Shown here piece by piece: positions 56,188 through 64,000 of a stretch of 64,000 nt of DNA. Source of the stretch: Anaerolineae bacterium (GTDB lineage Bacteria; Chloroflexota; Anaerolineae; B4-G1; DUEL01); assembly GCA_041082215.1 (NCBI GenBank), contig JBDOIF010000041.1, positions 62,001 through 126,000 on the forward strand. The letters are read 5' to 3'. The notes beneath the pieces are model-generated. The model was not told the DNA's origin. It saw only the letters and a program-made list of their open reading frames with translations, and did no database searches. Each line of letters begins with the position of its first letter. Position 1 is the first letter of the stretch. The position numbers and the translations under genes are program-made.

Positions 56188-58176
56188 CTATTTCTTGCCA
56201 TACACAGCGGCGATCCGTTCCTCGAGCGGAAGCTCCAGCACCTCGCGGATCCGCCAGTCGCCGGACCGGCCCCACTTGGAGGGGTCGTATTCCGCCAGCC
56301 CCAGCGCAGCGCGCTTCCGGTCAATATGGGCCAGCGCCCGACGGACGATCTCCTCACCGTCGGGGATGAACTCCAGCCGCCCACCGACCTTCTTTTCCCA
56401 GCCGTCGCTGATCAGGCGGACCACCTCCTCGCTGCCCCGCACCGGCCCCTCGCCGCCCATGATGACGTAAGCGCCAGAAGCGACGCAGTAGGTGGCGATG
56501 GAGAGCGCCTTCTCGCTCATCCACTCCGGAGCCATACCGACGGCCGGGATGTCGGCGATGTCATCTCCCAGCCCGGTCTCGGTGGCCATCTGGGCCAGCA
56601 CGGTGAGGATGCGGGAGTTATCCACGCAGGATCCGAGGTGGAGCACCGGCGAGATGCCGATGGCTTCACAGACCTCGCGCAACCCTGGGCCGGCCAGCTC
56701 GAAAGCGGCTTCGGGCATCATGAAGCCGGCCTTTGCCCCGGCGATCGCCCCGCATCCGGTCTCCACCACCAGCACATCGTTCTTCAGGAACTGTTCGACC
56801 ACGTACCGATGGAGCTCATCCTGACACATGCGGGCGTTGTTGCAGCCGATGTTAGCCACCACGCCCCGGATGCGGCCAGCAACGATGGCGTCGTTGAGCG
56901 GGCGGAAGGAACCGCGGTAGATGCCGCCGAGGGCGTAGTCAATGTACTCGTGGGAGAAGCCGGGGACCAGGGGATTGCGGATGTCCGGGATGAAGGTCTC
57001 GCCCCGGAGCGGGAAGCGGTCAATCGCCCGGCGGACGATCTCCCTGGCGATCTCCAGCGCCCGCGATTCATCGAACTGGATGTGGGTGGCGCCGGTGATC
57101 CTCACCTTGGGCGAGGTGGTGATCAGCTCGGTGTGGAACTGCTCGGCGACCGGGACCAGCCCCTGCATGATGCACTGCACGTCCACCACCATCGCCTCGA
57201 CAGCGCCGGTGAGGATGGCCAGCTCCTGCTGGAGGAAGTTGCCCGCCAGCGGGATACCCTCCCGCATCAGCGTCTCATTCGCGGTGCAGCAGATGCCGGC
57301 CAGGTTGATGCCGGCCGCCCCCTTGCTCCTGGCATAGGCGATCAGCTCGGGGTCCTGGGCCGCAGCGACGATCATCTCCGAGAGGGTCGGCTCGTGGCCG
57401 TGGATGATGATGTTGACCATATCCTCCCGCAGCACGCCCAGGTTGGCCTGGGAACGGATCGGGGAGGGGGTGCCGAAAAGGATGTCGGAGATGTCGGTGG
57501 CCAGCATCGAGCCGCCCCACCCGTCGGACAGGGCGCACCGCATCGCCTGATCCAGCAGGTGCTCCGCGTCCTGATCGTTGCCGATGTGGGTGCGGTGGAG
57601 CAGGTCCACCACCTCCCGGTCAATACTGCGGGGGGTGATGCCCAGTTCGCGCCAGATCTTCTGCCGCTTGAGCGGGGCGCGCTTCACATAGAGCAGCTCG
57701 CCCTGTACGCGGCCGAACTCACCCAGCGCAGCCAGGGCCACGTCGCGGGCGATTTCGTTGATACCCCGCCCGTCCGTCTTGACCCCCAGGTAGCCCGCCA
57801 CCTCCATCAGCTTGTAGGGGTCGCGGATTTTGTAATCGGGCGCCTTACCCTCGGCCGCCTCCAGGAGCGCATAGGCCATGTCCCGGCCGTGGTCGGAGTG
57901 GGAGGCTGCGCCGACGGCGACGGCACGGCAGAAGTTCCGCGCCACGACCGTGGCCCGTGTCGCCCCACAGACGCCGCGCTCCGTCTTCCCCACCAGCCGG
58001 CATGGACCCATCGCGCAGTTTTTGCAGCAGAGGCCCTCGGAGCCGATAGGGCAGGGGGTGATGTCGTCGGCCCGGGCGAAGGAGGTCTCCACCTCCATCC
58101 GCATCGCGCGCTCCAGCATCGCCCGCGTTGCCTCATCCCGGCTGGCCTCTTCTGGTGTCCGCATTGCCTTTGGCAT
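56188..58176 (-). CDS. cooS: Anaerobic Ni-CO dehydrogenase
   Basis: C..G..G.CCKNCAMGPC, HSDH, HGHEP, GICCTANE, DVQC, GCNN, GSCVD and EWMSEKA motifs. Confidence 0.97.
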   Translation of the reverse strand: MPKAMRTPEEASRDEATRAMLERAMRMEVETSFARADDITPCPIGSEGLCCKNCAMGPCRLVGKTERGVCGATRATVVARNFCRAVAVGAASHSDHGRDMAYALLEAAEGKAPDYKIRDPYKLMEVAGYLGVKTDGRGINEIARDVALAALGEFGRVQGELLYVKRAPLKRQKIWRELGITPRSIDREVVDLLHRTHIGNDQDAEHLLDQAMRCALSDGWGGSMLATDISDILFGTPSPIRSQANLGVLREDMVNIIIHGHEPTLSEMIVAAAQDPELIAYARSKGAAGINLAGICCTANETLMREGIPLAGNFLQQELAILTGAVEAMVVDVQCIMQGLVPVAEQFHTELITTSPKVRITGATHIQFDESRALEIAREIVRRAIDRFPLRGETFIPDIRNPLVPGFSHEYIDYALGGIYRGSFRPLNDAIVAGRIRGVVANIGCNNARMCQDELHRYVVEQFLKNDVLVVETGCGAIAGAKAGFMMPEAAFELAGPGLREVCEAIGISPVLHLGSCVDNSRILTVLAQMATETGLGDDIADIPAVGMAPEWMSEKALSIATYCVASGAYVIMGGEGPVRGSEEVVRLISDGWEKKVGGRLEFIPDGEEIVRRALAHIDRKRAALGLAEYDPSKWGRSGDWRIREVLELPLEERIAAVYGKK

Positions 58177-58195
58177 ATCTCACCTCACTCTCAGG

Positions 58196-58531
58196 CTACC
58201 ACTTGCGGAAGTCGCCGGACATCTCGATGTCGGCCCGATAGGTCTCGCTTCTGCGGAAGCCCAGCACTTCCCACCGTGGGTCCCGGGCCTTCTCATCCCG
58301 CTGGGCCAGAATGGGGGTCTCCCCCTGACCCACAGGATACCCGGCCTCGGCCAGGGCCTTCTCGATCGCTTCCCGGTTGATCCTGGCCGGGTCGTAGGCC
58401 ACCAGGACCTGTTTCCAGGCCGAACTGACGTATGCTTCCTCCACCCCATCCAGGCTCCCCAGCACGTCCCATACCTTAAGGGTGTGATGGTCAGCCCAGA
58501 GGAGAGGGACATCCAGCACAATCTTTTCCAT
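58196..58531 (-). CDS. HMA-fold small protein with DHH in place of CxxC
   Basis: VPLLWADHHTLKV...L..LDGV......V.YDP...I..AL..AGY follows the CopZ/HMA pattern. Confidence 0.7.
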   Translation of the reverse strand: MEKIVLDVPLLWADHHTLKVWDVLGSLDGVEEAYVSSAWKQVLVAYDPARINREAIEKALAEAGYPVGQGETPILAQRDEKARDPRWEVLGFRRSETYRADIEMSGDFRKW

Positions 58532-58549
58532 AGCTCCACTCCTTTCTGG

Positions 58550-58602
58550 TGCGTATTGCGTATTCCGTTAACGGAACACGGAATACGCAATACGCAACAC
58601 GC
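58550..58602. repeat. Heptamer-based palindrome after fhs
   Basis: 19-bp perfect inverted arms tgcgtattgcgtattccgt (58550-58568) and acggaatacgcaatacgca (58578-58596). Confidence 0.85.
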
Positions 58603-58604
58603 TC

Positions 58605-60458
58605 CTAGAACAACCCGACAACCTTGCCCGTCTTCAGGTCAATATCCACATCCACGAAAGCCGGGCGGCTGGGCAGGCCGGGCATCGTCCGCATCGCGCC
58701 GCAGAGCGGGTAGAGGAAGCCGGCGCCGACGCTGGCGCGGATATCGCGGATGGGCAGTCGCCAGCCCCGTGGAGCACCCTTGATTTTCGGGTCGTGAGTG
58801 AAGGAAAGGTGAGTCTTGGCCATGTTGAGCGGCAGTTTATCATAGCCCATCGCGGTATAGAGCTCGATCTTCCGCTCCGCCTCAGGCAGGTAGTCCACCC
58901 CGTCGGCGCGGTAGATCTCGCGGGCGATAGTCTCGATCTTCTCCTTGATGGGGATATCCAGCGGGTAGAGGAAGCGGAATCCATTGGGTTGCTCGCAGGC
59001 CCGGACCACCGCCTCGGCCAGTGCTGCGCCGCCCTCGCCGCCCTTGGCCCACACCTCGCTGATGAGGCAGTCGAAGGCGCCGGCCTTCATCGCTTCCTCT
59101 TTGATCATGCCGATCTCCCGGTCAGTATCCGAGTTGAAACGGTTGATGGCAACAACCACCGGGATACCGAACTTCTGGACGTTCTCCACGTGCTGGATCA
59201 GGTTAGGCAGCCCCTTCTGGAGAAGTTCCAGATTCTCCTCCGTGTAGGCGGGGTCAAGGGGCCGTCCGGGGATCACCTCGGGCCCGCCGCCATGCATCTT
59301 CAGCGCCCGGACCGAGCAGACCAGGACGACGCAGTTGGGGATGAGGCCGGAGTAGCGGCACTTGATGTCGAAGAACTTCTCCATGCCGCAGTCGGCGCCG
59401 AAGCCGGACTCGGTGACCACGTACCCATCCGGCCCCACCAGCTTAAGGGCGATCTGGTCGGCGATGATGGAAGAGTTGCCATGGGCGATGTTGGCGAACG
59501 GCCCGGCGTGGACGAAGGCGGGGGTGCCCTCCAGTGTCTGCATCAGGTTGGGCATCAGCGCATCCTTCATCAGGACGGTCATCGCACCGGCGACCTTCAG
59601 GTCCTCGGCCGTCAGCGGGCGCCCGTCTTTGCTGAAGCCCCAGACGATGCGGCCCAACCGTTCCCGCAGGTCCGCCAGTCCTTTGTAGCCATCCACCAGG
59701 GCCAGGATGGCCATAATCTCCGAGGCGACGGTGATGTCGTAGCCGGTGACACGGGGGACACCGTCGGTGCCGTAAGGGAGATGGGCCACCAACTCCCGCA
59801 GCGTGCCCGCCTCTTCCGGCAGCGGCTTATCAGCCTGCCCAGCCTGCAGACCGATGACCACGTTGCGCAGCGCCCGGTCGTTGACGTCCACCACCCGGGT
59901 CCAGAGGATGGAGTTGGGATCGATATTCAGGCGAGGGATCTCCGGGCAGAACTTCGCCAGTTGCTCATCGGTGAGTTGTCGCTCGTGGAGAATACGGGCA
60001 TCAATGGCCGCGGCCAGGAGGTTGTGGGCCACACCCACCGCATGGATGTCGCCGGTCAGGTGGAGGTTGAAGTCCTCCATCGGCACCACCTGGGAGTAGC
60101 CGCCGCCGGCCGCGCCGCCCTTGATCCCGAAGGTCGGGCCCATAGACGGCTGGCGGATGCAGGTGAAGACCTTCTTACCGATGTAGCCCAGCGCCTGGCT
60201 CACGCCGATGGTGGTGACGGTCTTGCCCTCCCCCAACGGCGTGGGGGTGATGGCCGTCACATCAACGTACCTGCCGTTGGGCCGATCCTTGAGCCGTTGA
60301 AGGACATCGAGATGGACCTTGGCCTTCCATTTCCCGTAGAGGTCAATCTCATCCTCCGAAAGGCCGATACTGCGGGCGACCTCGACGATCGGGATCAGGT
60401 CGGCTGCCTGAGCAATCTCGATGTCGCTTGGAACCGGATACACACGCTTGACTGGCAT
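58605..60458 (-). CDS. fhs: Formate-tetrahydrofolate ligase
   Basis: [51 protein letters not shown] and TMPGLP motifs. Confidence 0.98.
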   Translation of the reverse strand: MPVKRVYPVPSDIEIAQAADLIPIVEVARSIGLSEDEIDLYGKWKAKVHLDVLQRLKDRPNGRYVDVTAITPTPLGEGKTVTTIGVSQALGYIGKKVFTCIRQPSMGPTFGIKGGAAGGGYSQVVPMEDFNLHLTGDIHAVGVAHNLLAAAIDARILHERQLTDEQLAKFCPEIPRLNIDPNSILWTRVVDVNDRALRNVVIGLQAGQADKPLPEEAGTLRELVAHLPYGTDGVPRVTGYDITVASEIMAILALVDGYKGLADLRERLGRIVWGFSKDGRPLTAEDLKVAGAMTVLMKDALMPNLMQTLEGTPAFVHAGPFANIAHGNSSIIADQIALKLVGPDGYVVTESGFGADCGMEKFFDIKCRYSGLIPNCVVLVCSVRALKMHGGGPEVIPGRPLDPAYTEENLELLQKGLPNLIQHVENVQKFGIPVVVAINRFNSDTDREIGMIKEEAMKAGAFDCLISEVWAKGGEGGAALAEAVVRACEQPNGFRFLYPLDIPIKEKIETIAREIYRADGVDYLPEAERKIELYTAMGYDKLPLNMAKTHLSFTHDPKIKGAPRGWRLPIRDIRASVGAGFLYPLCGAMRTMPGLPSRPAFVDVDIDLKTGKVVGLF

Positions 60459-60528
60459 CTCGTCTACCTCCTCTAGATTGGTGGATCATTCTAAGTTGCC
60501 ACAAGCAACCAGCTTCCAGCAACCAGCA

Positions 60529-61650
60529 TCAGGCCGACTCGCTCCGCCCCTCCGGCACCAGGTAGGCCGCCCGGGGCAGGAGGGAGGCGATCTCCACCTC
60601 CACTGCCTGACGCATCACCTGACCGGACAGGTGGAGGAGGGTATCCCCCAGGCTCCGTTCGATCACCATCCCTGCCAGACAGGGATAGTGATGGTGAAGA
60701 ATACCGGCCTGGAGCACCGCCTCACTCACCGGCATTCCCACCAGCTCCTCCGCCACGAACCGGGCGCAGCCGCAGGCGGCATCCCGCTCCACATCCACCT
60801 CTTTGATGACGCCGTCCTCACACCGGATGCGAAACACCGGCCGGCCGAAATGGCGGGCAAAGGCAGAGATCCAGGGGTTCAGATAGGCCACCCGCTGATG
60901 GCGGAGGTTGTAGCCGTCTTCGGTGAGAGAGCAGAAAGGGCGCGGGAAGACCGCCGCGACCCCCATCTGCCGTAACCGCTCCTCCAACTGGCGGACCAGC
61001 CCTTCTGGCAGCCAGGAGAGATGGTCCACCGGGGCGATCACCGCCTGTGCGCCGGCGCGGCGGGCGATGTCGGGGATCAACTGGGCGACGGCGGGGCTTT
61101 CACCGAGGGCCAGGATCAGATCGGCGGGAGGAACGTGGAGAGGGAGATAGCGGGCCGGGTCGTCCACCACCGCGGGCAGGTCCGGCGGCCGCCAGCACTC
61201 CACCGTCCACCCCTTCGGGCCATGGGCGCGGATGTTCTCGACGATCCGCTGGCCGTACCATCCCTGCACCAGGGCGAAGATACGCATCGCCGCCGGGCGG
61301 GGGCCTCCCCACTCCAGCGGCTGTCGGATCGCATCCACCAGGTCCTCCACCTGCCGGCCCACTTTGACCTGCTGGTAGTAGATACGGATGCGGTTATCGT
61401 CCAGATTCAGCCCGACAACCTTGATGCCGGACACCTCCCGGAAGAGGTAGGAAACGATGGATTCCTGCTCCTCGCCCGAGGCGCCGACCACGACGACATC
61501 TGGAGCCGCAGACCGAAGCCGGGAGAGGACGTCGGGGGTCATCCCCCCTACCCCAATGACCTCCAGCCCCGCTTGCTCCCGCAGGAGGGTCTCGACGCTC
61601 TCGGCAAAGAGCGAATGGCTGGTGAGGATAAAGACTCGACAGGAAGGCAT
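60529..61650 (-). CDS. Pseudo-receiver domain fused to DUF166 domain
   Basis: N-terminal ~115 aa receiver-like without the acidic pocket or Asp; C-terminal QG.YG.RI, DDP, PFCSL, FGRP, AACG, HHYPC, DTLLH. Confidence 0.7.
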   Translation of the reverse strand: MPSCRVFILTSHSLFAESVETLLREQAGLEVIGVGGMTPDVLSRLRSAAPDVVVVGASGEEQESIVSYLFREVSGIKVVGLNLDDNRIRIYYQQVKVGRQVEDLVDAIRQPLEWGGPRPAAMRIFALVQGWYGQRIVENIRAHGPKGWTVECWRPPDLPAVVDDPARYLPLHVPPADLILALGESPAVAQLIPDIARRAGAQAVIAPVDHLSWLPEGLVRQLEERLRQMGVAAVFPRPFCSLTEDGYNLRHQRVAYLNPWISAFARHFGRPVFRIRCEDGVIKEVDVERDAACGCARFVAEELVGMPVSEAVLQAGILHHHYPCLAGMVIERSLGDTLLHLSGQVMRQAVEVEIASLLPRAAYLVPEGRSESA

Positions 61651-61683
61651 AGCTGACCGCCGGTCAGTTACAGACCGACGTTT

Positions 61684-61712
61684 ATTATACGCCTTCTTCT
61701 GTCGCCCGTCTA
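61684..61712 (-). promoter_or_regulatory. Sigma70-type promoter heading the fhs-acs-hdr cluster
   Basis: TAGACG-17 bp-TATAAT on the minus strand. Confidence 0.65.
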
Positions 61713-61759
61713 TAGCTCAAATGGACCATTTCGCTCCGCTTTTAGTCCTTTTGAGCTAT
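61712..61759. promoter_or_regulatory. Inverted repeat abutting the -35 (operator or stem-loop)
   Basis: atagctcaaatggac-18 nt-gtccttttgagctat; 15-bp arms with 1 mismatch. Confidence 0.55.
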
Positions 61760-62415
61760 TCCTGTGGGTCCAGAAGGCCAGCGCGGACAGCGTAAACGGC
61801 GGCCTGGACCCGGTTACGGAGTTCCAGTTTTTCCAGGATGCTGCGCACGTGGTTGCGCACGGTATTGACGGTCACTCCCAGCTCTTCGGCGATCTCGGCG
61901 TTGGAAAGCCCTTCGGCCAGCAGGACCAGCACTTCCCGCTCCCGGGAGGAGAGCGCCTCCGGCGAGGATGGCGGAGCGGCTGGTCGGCTGGCGCGGGCCA
62001 GTTGCCGCAGGAGCTTGCCGGTCATCGAGCGGGAGAGGGGGGCCTCTCCCTGGGCCATCCCCCGCAGCTCCTGGAACAGCCCTTCCGGCCGCATATCTTT
62101 GACCAGGTAGCCGTCGGCTCCGCAGCGGATGGCGGCAAAGAAGTCCTGCTCGTCTTCGGACACGCTGAGCATCACCACCCGCACAGAGGGGAGCTCCCGC
62201 TTGATCCGGCGGGTCGCCTCCAGGCCATCGCAGACCGGCATCCGGAGGTCCATCAGCACCACATCCGGCCGCAAAGCCCTTGCCTGCTCCAGCGCTTCCA
62301 GCCCGTCGGCCGCCTCCCCCACTACCTGGAAGTCCGGCTGGGCGTCCAGCAGCCGGGCCAGCCCTTTGCGGAACAGAATATGGTCGTCCACCAGCAGGAT
62401 ACGCAGCGGCTCCAT
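61756..62415 (-). CDS. NarL/LuxR-family DNA-binding response regulator
   Basis: VDDH, LMDLRMP..DG, YLVK; LS.RE.EVL...GLSN.EIA...TV.NH HTH. Confidence 0.95.
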   Translation of the reverse strand: MEPLRILLVDDHILFRKGLARLLDAQPDFQVVGEAADGLEALEQARALRPDVVLMDLRMPVCDGLEATRRIKRELPSVRVVMLSVSEDEQDFFAAIRCGADGYLVKDMRPEGLFQELRGMAQGEAPLSRSMTGKLLRQLARASRPAAPPSSPEALSSREREVLVLLAEGLSNAEIAEELGVTVNTVRNHVRSILEKLELRNRVQAAVYAVRAGLLDPQE

Positions 62416-62423
62416 CGGGTGGG

Positions 62424-62451
62424 ATTATACACTCTTCCGGTGTCCTGGCAA
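62424..62451 (-). promoter_or_regulatory. Sigma70-type promoter, probably leaderless transcript
   Basis: TTGCCA-16 bp-TATAAT, 8 nt before ATG, no SD. Confidence 0.55.
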
Positions 62452-62488
62452 TACCGGCTGTCAGGTTGGGCAGAATGAAAGGTCACCC

Positions 62489-62674
62489 CTACCCACGGTT
62501 CAGCCGTGCCGCACCCCATATTCGGGCGATAACAAAAGCCGCCGCAACCACGAAGGCAATCATGAAGCCGACAGTGGGCCAGTCCATCCTCATGCCGGGC
62601 CTGAACAACCAGATAGACCAGTTCATGGACGTGTGCAGCAAAAGGGCGGCCAGGACACTGCCGCCAGTATGGTT
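62489..62674 (-). pseudogene. C-terminal fragment of a CPBP (CAAX/Abi) intramembrane protease
   Basis: Manual translation NHTGGSVLAALLLHTSMNWSIW...FMIAFVVAAAFVIARIWG...*, with the TGS....I..H...N motif; the N-terminal EExxxR half is absent. Confidence 0.55.
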
Positions 62675-62686
62675 TTTCTCCTCTGA

Positions 62687-63955
62687 TTACGTTGCCGGCC
62701 GACCGTGTATCTCCCTTTCTATCCGCCGCAGGTCGTCGGCGTGGGCCTGAATCTTCCGCAGCGCCGCCACCACATCGTCTATCCCCTGCCGTCCCGCCCG
62801 GAAGACGCATTCGTCCAGCCAGACCGCCTCCCGCTCACAGGCCCGCTCCGCCTCCGGCAGCCGCATCCGGTCAAAGGCGAAGTACTCTGGAAAGGCGGTG
62901 GGGACCGGCAGCCGGGAGAGCTGCGGCTGGAATAGGGTGTAACGGTGCATGGCCTCGTATCCAACCCAGCAGGGAATCCCCTCGGCCTCCAGCGCCGCAC
63001 ACACAAGCTCGTGCCCGGCTCCGAACACCTCCGGGTCAATGGCGAAGATGTACCGGTAGAACGAACGGGTGGTGTGGCGGGGATCCCGCCGCAATAGCCG
63101 CACGCCCGGCACTTCGCTCAGGCTTTCCTCCAGATAGTCGGCCATCGCCTCCCGCTGCCGGACCTGTTCGGGGAAGCGCTCCAGCCCCACCACGCCCAGC
63201 GCCGCCTGCAGTTCGGTCATCCGGTAATTGGCGCCCATTGTGTACAACTGCCCCGCCTCGTCGTGGGGACGGCCGCAGTCTATGATGCTGGCCGCGCGGG
63301 CCGCCAGTTCCGCCGTCCGGCACAGGAGCACCCCACCTTCCCCGGCGGTGAGGATTTTGGACGATTGCAGGCTGAACGACCCGAAGTCCCCGATGGTTCC
63401 CGCTCCCTGTCCCCGCCAGCGCGCCCCGTGGGCGTGGGCGCAGTCCTCCACCACCACCAGGTTGTGGCGGCGCGCGATGTCCATAATGGCGTCCATGTCC
63501 GCCATCTGTGCGCCCAGATGGACCGGGATGACCGCCCGCGTGCGGGGCGTGACCGCCGCTTCCACCTGTCGGGGGTCTATACAGTAGTTCTCGGGGTCAA
63601 TATCCACGATGACCGGGATGGCCCCGGCGGCCATGACCGCCGCCGCTGTGGCCTGAAAGGTGTAGGCAGGGACGATGACCTCATCCCCCCAGCCGATGCC
63701 GGCCGCGCGCAGCGCCACCTCCATGGTGACCGTGCCGTTCGCCATCAGGACGGCATACCCGCCGCCCTGCAGTTCGGCAAAGCGTCGGGCAAATTCCGCT
63801 GTGTACGGCCCCGGATAGGGATAGCCACCCCAGCGCCCGGAGCGGATGACCGCCGTCACGGCCTCTATATCCCGCCCGTCCCAGACGGGCCATTCGGGGT
63901 AGGGTTCGGTGCGGGTTCTCGGACCGCCGAGAAGAGCCAGTTCGGACATGTTCAT
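62687..63955 (-). CDS. DegT/DnrJ/EryC1/StrS family PLP aminotransferase
   Basis: NGT, VPAYTF.AT, PVHLG, EDCAHAHG, FSLQSSK.LTAGEGG and NYRMTE motifs. Confidence 0.93.
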   Translation of the reverse strand: MNMSELALLGGPRTRTEPYPEWPVWDGRDIEAVTAVIRSGRWGGYPYPGPYTAEFARRFAELQGGGYAVLMANGTVTMEVALRAAGIGWGDEVIVPAYTFQATAAAVMAAGAIPVIVDIDPENYCIDPRQVEAAVTPRTRAVIPVHLGAQMADMDAIMDIARRHNLVVVEDCAHAHGARWRGQGAGTIGDFGSFSLQSSKILTAGEGGVLLCRTAELAARAASIIDCGRPHDEAGQLYTMGANYRMTELQAALGVVGLERFPEQVRQREAMADYLEESLSEVPGVRLLRRDPRHTTRSFYRYIFAIDPEVFGAGHELVCAALEAEGIPCWVGYEAMHRYTLFQPQLSRLPVPTAFPEYFAFDRMRLPEAERACEREAVWLDECVFRAGRQGIDDVVAALRKIQAHADDLRRIEREIHGRPAT

Positions 63956-64000
63956 CCTCCTCGGTATTTATCCGGCTTTCCTCACCTCACCCCCAGCGGC

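Noticed and set aside
60503..60530. Other short periodic tracts (agcaacc here; tttcac near 47665-47690; gtagacaag near 38381)
   Set aside because: Too short or degenerate to support individually, though possibly remnants of similar repeat classes

Overview
High-GC bacterial DNA. The gene content and the acidic PxWL-repeat TPR protein suggest Chloroflexota/Anaerolineae (inference). All supported genes lie on the minus strand. About 50 kb (61650 down to ~11555) is one co-directional C1/energy supercluster. It holds a near-complete Wood-Ljungdahl gene set (fhs, cooS/acsA, acsB, acsD, acsC, acsV, cooC x2, acsE, folD, metV, metF; no formate dehydrogenase in the window). It also holds a very large heterodisulfide-reductase-like array: six HdrA-family genes of four architectures, three MvhD (one with an in-frame UGA plus SECIS-like hairpin, i.e. 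a selenoprotein missed by the ORF track), two HdrC/HdrB pairs, an HdrC-HdrB fusion, an HdrD-like protein, an FdhB/FlxC-like protein and a soluble fumarate-reductase-like pair. Unexplained genes embedded in it include a pseudo-receiver-DUF166 fusion, a His-His HMA-like protein, a radical SAM enzyme, a GNAT, a class V aminotransferase, an RCK channel with an atypical filter, ArsM and toxin-antitoxin-like nucleotidyltransferase cassettes. Gene junctions repeatedly carry 7-, 8- and 9-bp tandem or inverted repeat elements and REP-like palindromes, three of them inside hdrA frames. Downstream are a two-subunit fumarase, K+-independent H+-PPase, HDAC-family deacetylase, TPR protein, ndk, degV and partial ruvB. 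No rRNA, tRNA, CRISPR or transposase was seen.
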